This document shows, in pieces, positions 20,703 through 31,242 of a stretch of DNA of 64,000 nt. Below the pieces are notes generated by a model. The model worked only from the letters and a program-made list of their open reading frames with translations, was not told where the DNA came from and searched no databases. The stretch's first letter is position 1, and each line of letters starts with the position of its first letter. A program made the position numbers and the translations under genes. Source of the stretch: an uncultured delta proteobacterium. GTDB taxonomy: Bacteria; Desulfobacterota; Syntrophia; Syntrophales; Smithellaceae. Location: assembly GCA_963726395.1 (NCBI GenBank), contig CAVSCG010000006.1:31303-95302 (forward strand), in the 5' to 3' direction.

Positions 20703-21833
20703 ATGCATCAACCGGATGAAAACCAGATAAAAATATACAAACAGGCTGCGGCTTTTGCCGCCGAGTATATTGCCTGCCGACCGGATTTGCAGACGGGACA
20801 GGAATTTCCCACGGATCTGTGGCGGAAAATGGGAGAGGGCGGCCTTTTTAAAATCGGGATCACAGAAAATTACGGCGGCATAGGCGGCGGGTATCTCGAT
20901 CTATTGAAAGCGGGGGAGGCTTTTGTCAAAAGCGGATACAATCTTGGGCTTACCGTATCCTGGCTCTTCCAACAGATTATCGCCCGTTATGTCGTTGGTT
21001 CATTTGGCACGGCTCAGCAGCGTCGGCAATACCTGTGCGCTGCAGCCGAAGGAAAAATCACTTTTTCTTTTGCCGTCTCCGAACCGGGTCATGGCGCTTC
21101 TCCTAAAACGCTGGCCACGCAGGCTAAAAAAACTAAAACGGGTTACGTGCTGAACGGAGAAAAAACCTATCTGACTAACGGCCCCATCGCCGACATTTAT
21201 ATTGTCGTGGCCGTAACCGACGACACAGTTCCGCTTAAAAGTTTTACGGCGTTCATCGTGCCGCGCGATACGCATGGCATCACCGTAACACCGCCGATGC
21301 CCTTGAATTTTTTAAAACCTTCGCCGCACGGCGGCATTGAACTGAACAATTGCCTCATCGAGCAGAAATCTATTCTGGGAAAGAATGGGAGCGCCTGGCA
21401 GGACATCGTTGTCCCCTTGGGAGAAATAGAAGATGTGGTAATGATGGGACCTGTTCTGGGTGGCATGGCCGCGCAACTGGATCTTCTAACGGCCGCCATC
21501 CGGGAAAATTCTACGTCCGCAGATCGCGCCCTGCAGGGCGAATGGGGCGCCCTCAGCGCCTTTTGGCAAACCCTGCAAACCATCGCCTATGAAGCTGCCG
21601 GCAGGCTTGATCGGAGCGGCGACTCCCCTTCCCCTCTGCCCCTTGGCATTACCTTTGCGCGTCTTGCCGCCGAATTTCACACCAAAATCGCTCAACTGTC
21701 CGAACGCTGGAAAATTCCCGTGCCGAGCCAATACACTTATCTTCAGAGGGATATGGAATCGCTGGGAACACTTCAAAAAAGGCGCCTGCAAATCCGTCAG
21801 GAAAAAATCGGCGCCGCTCTGCTCAAAGCTTAA
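20703..21833 (+). CDS. Acyl-CoA dehydrogenase family protein with a divergent C-terminus
   Basis: FAVSEPGHG, YVLNGEKTYLTNG, FTAFIVP. Confidence 0.8.
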   Translation: MHQPDENQIKIYKQAAAFAAEYIACRPDLQTGQEFPTDLWRKMGEGGLFKIGITENYGGIGGGYLDLLKAGEAFVKSGYNLGLTVSWLFQQIIARYVVGSFGTAQQRRQYLCAAAEGKITFSFAVSEPGHGASPKTLATQAKKTKTGYVLNGEKTYLTNGPIADIYIVVAVTDDTVPLKSFTAFIVPRDTHGITVTPPMPLNFLKPSPHGGIELNNCLIEQKSILGKNGSAWQDIVVPLGEIEDVVMMGPVLGGMAAQLDLLTAAIRENSTSADRALQGEWGALSAFWQTLQTIAYEAAGRLDRSGDSPSPLPLGITFARLAAEFHTKIAQLSERWKIPVPSQYTYLQRDMESLGTLQKRRLQIRQEKIGAALLKA

Positions 21834-21862
21834 TCCCGACTGATTAAAAACCACATGTTTGG

Positions 21863-21984
21863 GGGCTGTTCAAAAACGTTTAGATGCAAGGCGCGCAAGA
21901 AGCGGGACGCGAGGCGTATATGAATATACGTTGAGCGGCACGGTTCGCAGTGCAACGCCGCAGATGAGCGTTTTTCAACAGCCC
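21863..21984. mobile_element. MITE-like 122-bp element with terminal inverted repeats
   Basis: GGGCTGTTCAAAAACG ... CGTTTTTCAACAGCCC (15/16 match); no credible coding content. Confidence 0.65.
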
Positions 21985-22735
21985 TTACCCACCCAGGGTA
22001 TATTCGTTCATCACTTTCAACTTTTCGATAATAAATTGACGCACCATTTGTGCCGTATCTTCCGCCGATAAATTTTCAAACGCCGAATACGGGATCTCTT
22101 CAAAAATTTTGATATAAATTTTCTGCACGCCGGTGAAGTTCATGCTGTATTTAGGCAGGGCCTTGTTCGTTCCACTGATGACAATAGGAAGGATGGGCAC
22201 TTTCTTCTTCAGAGCCATTTCAAACGCGCCGAGTTTAAAGTCTTTGACCTTTCCGTCGGGAGAACGGGTGCCTTCCGGAAACATGAAAATAGAACTTCCC
22301 TCATCCAGATGCATTTCACATTCCCTCAGCATCTGCGCAATGCTTTCCTTGTCGCCGCGTTTCAGTTTCACATAGCGGTTAAGCGTCATATTCCAGCCGA
22401 TCAGCGGTACACTGAATATTTCAATTTTGGATACCCATTTATAATGAAAAAAAAGCCGGAAAGCGACTAGGATATCCAGCTGCGACTGATGATTGGAAAC
22501 AATCATATACGTCGCATCTTTTCGGACATTCTCGCGGCCTTCAACGCGAATCCGCCAGGCCGGCATCATCCAGGTATAAAAAGAACCCCAAAAGCAGGTA
22601 AACAGATGCAGGATCCGCAGACGCCGGTCAAAGGGAAAAGAAAACAGAACGCAAAAGCAGGGCAATGCAAAAAAACAGAATAGACGTCAAAGCGATAAAG
22701 ACAAGAAAAATGTAACCCACTAAACGGTTAAACAT
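21985..22735 (-). CDS. plsC: 1-acyl-sn-glycerol-3-phosphate acyltransferase; frameshift near 22640
   Basis: SNHQSQLD and FPEGTRS motifs. An upstream frame gives MFNRLVGYIFLVFIALTSILFF from ATG 22735. Confidence 0.85.
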
Positions 22736-22781
22736 ATGAAATCCAATTATTTACAGTTTTATGACGCATCCAATGGCACTA

Positions 22782-22810
22782 AGTATAGAAAGAAGCAATG
22801 CCTATGTCAA
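22782..22810 (-). promoter_or_regulatory. Sigma70 promoter of plsC
   Basis: TTGACA-17 bp-TATACT. Confidence 0.7.
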
Positions 22811-22966
22811 TAAAATTCAGGAATACACTTGACAGACAGTGACTATCCTACTATATAAATTTCATTAATATTTTTTAATATTCAGTACATGCGCATGAGC
22901 ACCTTGGCTGCTAAGATCCGACAAATGATCATAGAAAAGTAAGTCTCTCCTGTATGGATATATCCA

Positions 22967-24085
22967 ATGAATATCTTGTTTGAACCAGCCCGGCTGAAAA
23001 ATGTGACCTTGCGCAACCGGTTTTTCCGTTCGGCTACCTATGATGGTATGTCGGACAGCACCGGTCAGGTCACGGACAACCAGATCAATCTGATTTCCGA
23101 CCTAGCCGCCGGAGGCGTCGGAATGATTATTACCGCCATCATGTACGTTCATCCTTCCGGCCAGGTTTCAACTTTCATGAATTCCATCGCCAGAGACGAA
23201 TATATTTCCGGTTTAAAGGGGCTCACCGGCGCGGCTCATGACTGGGACGCGAAAATTACCGTTCAGCTTTATCATGGCGGTCGTGAAGCCCGTTTTGTAA
23301 AAACAAAAAAACAACTGCCCCTTGGACCGTCCGTGATTGCCGATGATCCCTTTTATCAGTGGAATTATCGAGAAATAACCGAAGACGAAATTGTGGAGGT
23401 GATTGACGCCTTCGGCCTGGCGGCCCGCAGGGCCCGCGAATCGGGCTTTGACGCTGTCCAGATTCACGGCGCGCACGGCTATCTGTTCAGCCAGTTCCTC
23501 TCACCCTTTACCAACAGAAGGAAAGATTCGTGGGGTGGGTCTCTGGAAAATCGCCTGCGCCTGCACCGTGAAGTTTACCGGTCAATTCGCCGCCAGGTCG
23601 GCGCAGACTATCCTGTGATGATCAAACTGGGAGTGGAAGACGGCTTTACCGGCGGCCTCACATTTGCCGATGGTGCAAAGGCAGCGCAGATCCTGGCCGA
23701 TACGGGATATGATGCCCTGGAGATCAGTTCCGGCATGCGGGGCGCAAAATACGAGGGCATGGAATACAAGACCAAAATCAATAAACCGGCGCGGGAAGGT
23801 TATTTCCGTAACTGGGCAAAAGAAATTAAACAACACGTAAATGTCCCGGTGATCGCCGTGGGCGGTCTAAAGTCAATGGCTATGATGGAGGAAATAATTC
23901 AAAGCAAAGAAGCTGATTTCATTGCACTGTGCCGTCCACTGATTACGGAACCGACACTCATTCGCGAGTGGAAGCAGGAACCGCAAAAAAAGCCGCGCTG
24001 TGTCTATTGCAACAAATGCCTCGAAGCGCTGCACCAGGGAATCCCGCTTCACTGCGTCGCTTTCGCAAAGAAGTCACCTCCATGA
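22967..24085 (+). CDS. NADH:flavin oxidoreductase (old yellow enzyme family)
   Basis: LRNRF.RSAT, GFDAVQIHGAHGYLFSQFLSP..N.R.D.WGGSLENR, C-terminal CxxCxxC. Confidence 0.93.
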   Translation: MNILFEPARLKNVTLRNRFFRSATYDGMSDSTGQVTDNQINLISDLAAGGVGMIITAIMYVHPSGQVSTFMNSIARDEYISGLKGLTGAAHDWDAKITVQLYHGGREARFVKTKKQLPLGPSVIADDPFYQWNYREITEDEIVEVIDAFGLAARRARESGFDAVQIHGAHGYLFSQFLSPFTNRRKDSWGGSLENRLRLHREVYRSIRRQVGADYPVMIKLGVEDGFTGGLTFADGAKAAQILADTGYDALEISSGMRGAKYEGMEYKTKINKPAREGYFRNWAKEIKQHVNVPVIAVGGLKSMAMMEEIIQSKEADFIALCRPLITEPTLIREWKQEPQKKPRCVYCNKCLEALHQGIPLHCVAFAKKSPP

Positions 24086-24255
24086 TGCAGGATCCATCCG
24101 CAGGATTTCCCATCGGTTGAAGCGCTGACCGGTCACCTGCAAGACATCACGTTAAGGCAACAAGAAGAAGTATCTCCCCGGAGATAATGATACTCGAACC
24201 ATACAGCCTGTTTGCTAAAATGGTTTTTCTTCAGAGGTGCAGAAAGGATGTAATC

Positions 24256-25131
24256 ATGAAAATTGATTTGCGGGATGTAAAAGTCATCGGCAATGGGCTC
24301 ACCAGACCGGAAGGTGTCATGGCGCTGGATGACGGCAGTATCTTTACGGCGGATGGTTACGGACGCTGCTCGCGCATCGACCCAAACGGCCGTACATCTT
24401 TTTTCGGAAACCTGGGAGGCATGCCCAACGGCATCTGTATCGATAAGGAGGGTCATTGCATTGTCGCCAACATCGGCAACGGTGAAGTTCAGTCGGTTGC
24501 ACCAGACGGTACACATACAGTTTTAATGACCGAAGCTGAGGGTAAAAAAATGTTCACGCCCAACTTTCCTTTCCTTGATTTTGCAGGCAGGCTCTGGGTC
24601 TCCAACTCCACGGATAATCCCGATATTGACGCCTCGCTTAAGGCACCCATCCCCGATGGCTGCCTGACGCTGATCTTGGATGGCCAGCCGCCCAGGATCG
24701 TCGCAGACGGCATTTGTTTTGCCAATGGTGTCGCTCTGGATGCGGATGAAAAATTTGTTTATGTGGCCGAAACCATGCGACGCAGAATTTTGCGTTACCG
24801 CATTAAACAAGATAACCATTTGGGTCAGACAGAGGTTTACGGGCCGGAATATTTAGGCAAGCTTGGCTTTCCCGACGGCATCGCCTTTGATGAAGCAGGC
24901 AACCTTTGGGTCGCCTTCCCTGTAACCAACGCCATTGGATTCATCGATCCCCAGGGCAGACTGGAGATATTCGTGGAAGACCCTCAGGGCAGCTTGATTA
25001 ATCGTCCGGCCAATATTTGTTTCGGTGGAAAAGACCGCCGGACAGCTTTTATCGGCAGTTTGGAAGGAAAGAATGTTCCCTGTTTTGAGACACCCTGGCC
25101 CGGAATGCGTTTGATTCATCAGGCCGGTTGA
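24256..25131 (+). CDS. SMP-30/gluconolactonase/LRE family protein
   Basis: RPEG, PNG, FANGVAL, PDGIAFDEAGNLWV, NICFGG; AAGGA RBS before ATG 24256. Confidence 0.88.
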   Translation: MKIDLRDVKVIGNGLTRPEGVMALDDGSIFTADGYGRCSRIDPNGRTSFFGNLGGMPNGICIDKEGHCIVANIGNGEVQSVAPDGTHTVLMTEAEGKKMFTPNFPFLDFAGRLWVSNSTDNPDIDASLKAPIPDGCLTLILDGQPPRIVADGICFANGVALDADEKFVYVAETMRRRILRYRIKQDNHLGQTEVYGPEYLGKLGFPDGIAFDEAGNLWVAFPVTNAIGFIDPQGRLEIFVEDPQGSLINRPANICFGGKDRRTAFIGSLEGKNVPCFETPWPGMRLIHQAG

Positions 25132-25208
25132 CGACTATGAAATAAAGTAAATAAGTGTCATTTTTTTACACAACGCCTTGAAGGCATAAACGAGAAAGGA
25201 GAAAATTT

Positions 25209-25976
25209 ATGGATTACCAAAACATCATCGTATCGACAAAGGACTTCGTCACCACCATCACGCTCAATCGTCCGCCAATGAACTCCGTCAACCTGGGCAT
25301 CCGGGAGGAACTTTTCCATGCCGTGACCGAACTAAGAAATAGCAAAGAGACACGGGCCGTGATCATCACGGGCGCCGGAGAAAAGGGTTTCTCCGCCGGC
25401 ATGGATGTTTCGGATATCGCCAACATCACAAAGGGCCCCAACGGCAATGAGATCATGAACGCCATTTCCCGTTCAACTAAACCCTTTATCGCGGCCATTA
25501 ACGGTCATGCGTTGGGAGGCGGCTGCGAAACGGCGCTGGCCTGCCATTTCCGGTTTATGACGGATAATCCCAAGGCGTTCATCGGGCTGCCGGAAGTGAA
25601 TCTTGGAATTACCCCCGGCTGGGGCGGCATTCAGCGTTTGCCCCGGGTCCTGGGAAAATCCAAAGCGCTGGATATTATCCTTTTCAGCAAAAGGCTGGCG
25701 CCTGCGGACGCTCTGGCAATAGGCCTGGTAGATAAAGTAATCCCAGCGGTTGATTTAATGAAAGAAGCAACAGCCTTTGCCGCAGCCCTGGCCAAACGGC
25801 CGCCGCTGTCTGTGGCCGCGGTCCTGGACGGCATGAGCGTGGGGATGGATAAAGGATTTGATGAAGGACTGCGGCTGGATCAGGAATGGTCAAACAAACT
25901 TGCTGCCAGCAAAGACGCCGTGGAAGGCATAACAGCCTTTCTTCAAAAACGCGAACCCGTTTTCACAGGCGAATGA
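25209..25976 (+). CDS. Enoyl-CoA hydratase/isomerase family protein
   Basis: FSAGMD, AAINGHALGGGCE, GLPEVNLGITPGWGG. Confidence 0.93.
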   Translation: MDYQNIIVSTKDFVTTITLNRPPMNSVNLGIREELFHAVTELRNSKETRAVIITGAGEKGFSAGMDVSDIANITKGPNGNEIMNAISRSTKPFIAAINGHALGGGCETALACHFRFMTDNPKAFIGLPEVNLGITPGWGGIQRLPRVLGKSKALDIILFSKRLAPADALAIGLVDKVIPAVDLMKEATAFAAALAKRPPLSVAAVLDGMSVGMDKGFDEGLRLDQEWSNKLAASKDAVEGITAFLQKREPVFTGE

Positions 25977-26043
25977 CTTCATACAATAAACCGGCAGGGG
26001 CGAATTGTATGACCTAATGCCAACAGAAAAAAGTGTCTCTGCC

Positions 26044-26685
26044 TTAACTTCTTTTTTCAGCACTGACTCTGCCCGAGCGGATTTCACGGATAAAATCTTC
26101 TTCGCATGTGATCCTGTTTTCAAACAGGGTCACATGCGAACCGATGTTAAAAATTTTATGGGCGTCGCTGCCGCCAGTACCGGGAATCTTCAGTTCCTCC
26201 ATTACTTTTTTGACTTTTTTCATGGCCAGGTCGCTGTGATCAGGATGGTATAGCTCGATGCCATCAAGCTTTAGCTTATAAACCAGATCACCTGCCCCGT
26301 AATAATGGGATTTGCCACCGCGGGATAATTTGTAAGGATGCGCAGCAATGATAATGCCTCCTTCGGCATGGACGGTTTCCACAAGATCAGAGGCCGTGCG
26401 GATTTCAGTAACGCTTCGCCCCAGACCAAAAACCAGATATTCGCCTTCGGAACGTCCCTGGATATTCCTGGCATGAATTTCCTGCCCGTTGATCAGAACA
26501 ATCCCATAAGCGTCCGCCTGTCTGCGGAGTTTGTCAAATTCCGTATCCGGCCAACGCATGCCGTGTTCGGTCAGGGCGATTCCAGCGAGATGCGCCGATA
26601 AGGCCTGCCCGACAATTTCTTCATACTGAATGAAAGAGCAGCCGGAGTAACATCGGGTGTGAATGTGAATGTCAAATGCGGTCAT
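26044..26685 (-). CDS. PHP domain metal-dependent phosphoesterase
   Basis: DIHIHT, ALTEH, GQE, AHP, GGSDAH. Confidence 0.85.
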   Translation of the reverse strand: MTAFDIHIHTRCYSGCSFIQYEEIVGQALSAHLAGIALTEHGMRWPDTEFDKLRRQADAYGIVLINGQEIHARNIQGRSEGEYLVFGLGRSVTEIRTASDLVETVHAEGGIIIAAHPYKLSRGGKSHYYGAGDLVYKLKLDGIELYHPDHSDLAMKKVKKVMEELKIPGTGGSDAHKIFNIGSHVTLFENRITCEEDFIREIRSGRVSAEKRS

Positions 26686-26719
26686 AAAAAAATGGCAGGC
26701 GTATGAATGGTTTGCTGTT

Positions 26720-26944
26720 TCATTTTTTATTGGTCCATTTGAGCTGAAACTCAATTTCCTCATTTTTGCCTTCGCGTTCGTGCTCCACATTAAAGGTCGC
26801 TCGAGACGGCACCGATATCCTCTCTCCGGCAACCATGATGGCAAAGCGTTTCTCGTTTTCCAGTGCATCGGCTTGACGCCGAAGTTTGGTGACAAATTCA
26901 GCGGTCGAATAGTTTTTTTCCAAATCTCTCGATTTCTTTTACAT
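26720..26944 (-). CDS. Amphi-Trp domain protein; stop at codon 2 of the likely start, alternative TTG start at 26923
   Basis: EFVTKLRR.ADALE...ERISVP...EHERE...EIEFQLKW. Confidence 0.7.
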
Positions 26945-27336
26945 AGCACCCCCTTTCACTTTTTTAATATCTTTAAATAAATATTTCTGTCAAGCGGTTT
27001 GCGATCATAGCCTTCAAATCACAACAAGCCAGTTGCGAGACGTGCTTTTTACACCTCTGAAAAAATATTAATAAAGCTAAATATTTGAAATAGCGCCAGA
27101 TATGAAAACTTTCTGTTCACGGAAGGAATATTTTATGGCTTTTGCCGAAAAATATTGCTAAAAGTTTCGGCGTTAAAAGTTAGTCGTATCTGTTTTTTAA
27201 AACTTACTAGACGATAAAATAAAATATCGGGAGGTATAATAACGAGACATAATAACAGAGAAAAAATAAAAAAGTAAACCGCGATACAGTTTGCTTCATT
27301 CACATCGTCTTAACAAAACTTAGGAGGGAAGTTAAA

Positions 27337-29037
27337 ATGGCTGGAGAAGTATCTTATGCGTCAAAACCATGGTTGAAGTCCTACGACAAAGGCGTTCCTG
27401 AAAAAATTCAGTACGAAGAAATTTGTATGCCCGATATTCTGGACAGATCGGCCGCTAAATTTCCGGACCGTATGGCCCTGAACTTCCAAGGATACATCAT
27501 GAATTACAAGCAGCTTAAGGACATGGTGGACCGGTTTGCCGCCTGGCTGGCCAGCTTGGGCGTTAAAAAAGGTGATGCCGTCGCCATTATTCTGCCCAAT
27601 ATGATTCCCTGCGTTGTGGCTTATTATGCTATCCATCGGCTGGGCGGTATTGTTGTCTTAAATAACCCGACTTATTCCGACCGTGAACTCGAACATCAAC
27701 TCAACGATTCCGGATCCAAAGTCATGGTCACCATCGACCTTCTGGCCAACCGGATGATTGATTTAAGACCCAAAACAAAAGTCAAACAGATTGTCGTCAC
27801 ATCGATTGGAGACTATCTGCCGTTTCCGAAGAATTTGCTGTTCCCGCTTGTCGGGAAGAAAAAGGGGCTTCTGCCGTCAACCCCTATGAAACAGGCTAAT
27901 GACGTTTATAAATGGAAAGATTGCATCGCGAAGTCACAACCCAATCCGCCCAAGGCTAAATTAACTTTTGATGACACAGCGATGTACCAGTACACCGGAG
28001 GCACAACGGGTGTCTCCAAAGGGGTTATCCTGACCCACGGCAACATCAGCAAACAGGTGCAACAGCTTCGTGCCTGGTTCCCAAGGTTTGCCAACACTTC
28101 CAACATCAACCTGGGTGCCCTGCCCTTCTTCCATGTTTTCGGCATGTCCTGCGCGATGAATTTTTCCATTCTACTGGGATGGGGAGATATTCTCATTCCC
28201 AGACCTCAGCCGGAGCCCCTTTTGGAAGCTATCCGCAAATTCAAACCAAATTTTGCCGCGCTGGTTCCAACCATGTATATCGGCATATTGAATCATCCTG
28301 AGTTTAAAAATACCGATGTAACCTGTTTTAAAGGTTTCTTTTCCGGCAGCGCTCCTCTGCCTGTGGAAGTGATTCATGATTTTGAAAAAGCAACAGGCGC
28401 GGTGATCGTGGAAGGTTTCGGTATGACGGAAACCACGCCCGTGACCCATACCAATCCGTTCGAAGGCGTCCGGAAAATCGGCAGCATCGGTGTACCCATC
28501 TCCGACACGGAATGCCGGATTGTGGATCTGGATAAAGGCGAAACAGACATGCCCATCGGCGAGCCAGGCGAAATGATTATCCGCGGCCCGCAGGTCACCA
28601 AGGGCTATCTGAACCAACCCGGGGAAACAGCAACACTGCTGCGCGACGGCTGGTGTTACACGGGCGACATCGCCACGATGGATCAGGACGGCTACTTCTA
28701 TATCGTCGATCGCAAAAAAGACATGATCATCACCGGCGGATTCAATGTTTATCCCAGAGACGTGGACGAGGTATACTACGAACATCCCAAAGTTCTGGAA
28801 GCCTGCTCTATTGGCATACCCGATGCGAAGAGAGGCGAAAACATCAAGCTGTTCATCGTTCTGAAAGAAGGCGAAACGGCAACGGCTGAAGAAATGATTG
28901 AATACGGCAGACAGAAACTGGCCACCTATAAACTGCCGTCCGAAGTTGAATTCCGCAAGGAATTGCCTAAATCCACCGTCGGCAAGATCCTGCGCAAAGA
29001 ACTGAGGGCGGAAGAACTGGCCAAAAGAAAGAAATAG
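27337..29037 (+). CDS. Long-chain fatty acid-CoA ligase (FadD-like)
   Basis: KPWLKSY, YTGGTTGVSKG, EGFGMTE, YTGD, DRKKDMI, LPKSTVGKILR. Confidence 0.94.
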   Translation: MAGEVSYASKPWLKSYDKGVPEKIQYEEICMPDILDRSAAKFPDRMALNFQGYIMNYKQLKDMVDRFAAWLASLGVKKGDAVAIILPNMIPCVVAYYAIHRLGGIVVLNNPTYSDRELEHQLNDSGSKVMVTIDLLANRMIDLRPKTKVKQIVVTSIGDYLPFPKNLLFPLVGKKKGLLPSTPMKQANDVYKWKDCIAKSQPNPPKAKLTFDDTAMYQYTGGTTGVSKGVILTHGNISKQVQQLRAWFPRFANTSNINLGALPFFHVFGMSCAMNFSILLGWGDILIPRPQPEPLLEAIRKFKPNFAALVPTMYIGILNHPEFKNTDVTCFKGFFSGSAPLPVEVIHDFEKATGAVIVEGFGMTETTPVTHTNPFEGVRKIGSIGVPISDTECRIVDLDKGETDMPIGEPGEMIIRGPQVTKGYLNQPGETATLLRDGWCYTGDIATMDQDGYFYIVDRKKDMIITGGFNVYPRDVDEVYYEHPKVLEACSIGIPDAKRGENIKLFIVLKEGETATAEEMIEYGRQKLATYKLPSEVEFRKELPKSTVGKILRKELRAEELAKRKK

Positions 29038-29069
29038 CCCCACCCGGCGGGCATGAAGATTCCATAGAA

Positions 29070-29111
29070 AAAGGCTTGCGCTCCTCTGAAGGAGCGCAAG
29101 CCTTTGTTTTT
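29070..29111. terminator. Bidirectional intrinsic terminator
   Basis: AAAGGCTTGCGCTCCT/AGGAGCGCAAGCCTTT perfect stem with flanking A and T runs. Confidence 0.85.
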
Positions 29112-29169
29112 ATAACCATACCACAAGGCGGGAAGACTTCCTCTGGTAGTTTAAAGAATCATCCCTCAA

Positions 29170-29568
29170 CTATTTGACAGATACAACCGGACAAGGCGAT
29201 TCCAGAATAATATACTGGGCATTGGATCCGAAAAGCAGTTTGCCCACCTTAGATGTCTTTTCAATACCGATAATGATTTCATCCATTTTCCTATCGACAG
29301 CAAATTCCACAATATCTTCGCCGGGTGTCAGTCCCCGCACCAGAATGTGTGTCTCGCAGGCGATACCTTCGGCGTCCAGTGTTTCTTTGACATAGGCAAG
29401 TTGTTTTTCAACTTTTTGCAGATTCATTTGCTCTTTTTCCGACACTCGTTCCATGGAACTGGCAATATAAAGAGTAGCATTAAATGCTTTAGCGTGTTTC
29501 TTAGCTACTTCCAGAACCGCGTTATCAGAGTCTAATCCTCCTACATATGCGACTAATATTTTCATCAT
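29170..29568 (-). CDS. Universal stress protein
   Basis: KILVAY, PGEDIVEFA, IIIG...KLLFGSNAQ...SPCPVV. Confidence 0.92.
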   Translation of the reverse strand: MMKILVAYVGGLDSDNAVLEVAKKHAKAFNATLYIASSMERVSEKEQMNLQKVEKQLAYVKETLDAEGIACETHILVRGLTPGEDIVEFAVDRKMDEIIIGIEKTSKVGKLLFGSNAQYIILESPCPVVSVK

Positions 29569-29628
29569 TGTCCCCCGTCTTTAAGTATTCAGTATTGATT
29601 TATGTTCATTTATTAACTTTTACGATTT

Positions 29629-29657
29629 ATTATAAAAAAAATCGCCTTTAATGTCAA
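29629..29657 (-). promoter_or_regulatory. Consensus sigma70 promoter of usp
   Basis: Perfect TTGACA-17 bp-TATAAT. Confidence 0.8.
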
Positions 29658-29689
29658 TCAGTTTCTCGTGGGATTTACAGTGAATTCTC

Positions 29690-29718
29690 TTGACACACAT
29701 TCAGCATCTTCATATACT
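29690..29718 (+). promoter_or_regulatory. Sigma70 promoter of the divergent operon
   Basis: TTGACA-17 bp-TATACT. Confidence 0.72.
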
Positions 29719-29844
29719 CATCAAACGTATACCATTCTTTTCAGACTCATGATACGCGGGATATGATCTCGCATATCATCCACCCCGGAACATCACGTCG
29801 TCGGAATCAAATCCGATGCGCCCTGAAGAAAGGAATATAAGATA

Positions 29845-31224
29845 ATGAACATCGTTGTCTTAAACGGAAGCCCCAAAGGCGATCTCAGTGTGACCCTCCA
29901 GTATGTCCGCTATGCGGCAAAAAAATACCCGCAGCATTCATTGCAGTATTTTCCGGTGGCTCAAAATATCCGGAAACTCGAAAAGGATGAGGCGGCTTTC
30001 GGCGAAGTCATGGACGCGGTGAAAAAAGCCGACGCCGTGCTCTGGGCGTTTCCTCTTTACTTCCTTCTGGTCTGCTCTCAGTATAAGCGTTTTATCGAGC
30101 TTATTTTTGAAAGAAAACAGGAAGCGACCTTTGCCGGAAAATACGCGGCCTCTCTCTCCACATCCGTTCATTTTTTCGATCACACCGCTCATAATTACAT
30201 TCATGCTATTTGCGACGATCTGCAAATGCATTATGTCGGATCTTACTCCGCGGCCATGTATGATCTAATGAAAAAACCGGAACGAGCCCGCTGGCTGGCT
30301 TTTACTGATAATTTCTTTGACGCCGCCAGCCGGCAGATTCCCACGGCACGTGTCTATCCACCGCTTCAGGCGCGACATTTTATCTATCAACCGGGGCCGG
30401 CCAGGGCCGACGTAACTACTGCAGACAAACGGATCCTGGTGATGAAGGACGGACAGCATTCGGCAGGCAATATCGACGCCATGGTTCAGTCCTTTACCGG
30501 TAACTTTCGCGGGGATGTTGAGATCGTCAATCTGAGCGATATCGACATCAAGGGAGGATGCCTGGGATGCTGCAAGTGCGGCATAGACAACGTCTGCGAC
30601 TATGAAGGAAAAGACGGCTTCATCAGTTTTTACAACGAAAAAGTTAAAAAAGCGGATATCGTCGTTTTTGCCGGCGCCATCCACGACCATTATCTTTCCT
30701 CTCGATGGAAAATGTATTTTGACCGGTCTTTCTTTAATACCCATATGCCGACGCTCATCGGTAAACAAATTGCCTTTCTGATTTCCGGACCATTGGCATT
30801 AAACGCCAACCTCCGCCAGATTCTCACGGCCTATGGAGAATTTCAGGAAGCCAATGTTGTGGGAATTGCAACGGATGAAGCGGATGACTCTCAACAAATC
30901 GATTTGCTTCTTTCGGAACTGGCGGGAGCGCTTGTCCGTTCTGCTGAGCGAGGCTACATCATGCCCATGACATTTTTCAGCGTCGGTGGCAGAAAAATTT
31001 TCCGTGATGAGGTTTATGGACCATTGCGTTTTGTTTTCCAGGCTGATCACCGCTATTACGAGAGCCATGGCCTTTATGATTTCCCCCAGAAGAATTACAA
31101 AGTGAGGCGCATGAATTTGATCATGACGCTCCTCACGAAAATTCCCCCTTTCCGGAAGAAATTTCTGAAGATTCTCAAGGAACAAATGGTAAAACCGATT
31201 AAATATATTGCAGAAAACAGATAA
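29845..31224 (+). CDS. NAD(P)H-dependent oxidoreductase with tandem flavodoxin-like domains and an Fe-S motif
   Basis: VLNGSPKG, WAFPLY, second domain CLGCCKC....C. Confidence 0.82.
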   Translation: MNIVVLNGSPKGDLSVTLQYVRYAAKKYPQHSLQYFPVAQNIRKLEKDEAAFGEVMDAVKKADAVLWAFPLYFLLVCSQYKRFIELIFERKQEATFAGKYAASLSTSVHFFDHTAHNYIHAICDDLQMHYVGSYSAAMYDLMKKPERARWLAFTDNFFDAASRQIPTARVYPPLQARHFIYQPGPARADVTTADKRILVMKDGQHSAGNIDAMVQSFTGNFRGDVEIVNLSDIDIKGGCLGCCKCGIDNVCDYEGKDGFISFYNEKVKKADIVVFAGAIHDHYLSSRWKMYFDRSFFNTHMPTLIGKQIAFLISGPLALNANLRQILTAYGEFQEANVVGIATDEADDSQQIDLLLSELAGALVRSAERGYIMPMTFFSVGGRKIFRDEVYGPLRFVFQADHRYYESHGLYDFPQKNYKVRRMNLIMTLLTKIPPFRKKFLKILKEQMVKPIKYIAENR

Positions 31225-31242
31225 TATCATCAGTGAAAGGCT

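Noticed and set aside
26686-26949. N-terminal extension of the 301-aa ORF 26044..26949
   Set aside because: Overlaps the amphi-Trp gene in another frame; the PHP domain starts at ATG 26685
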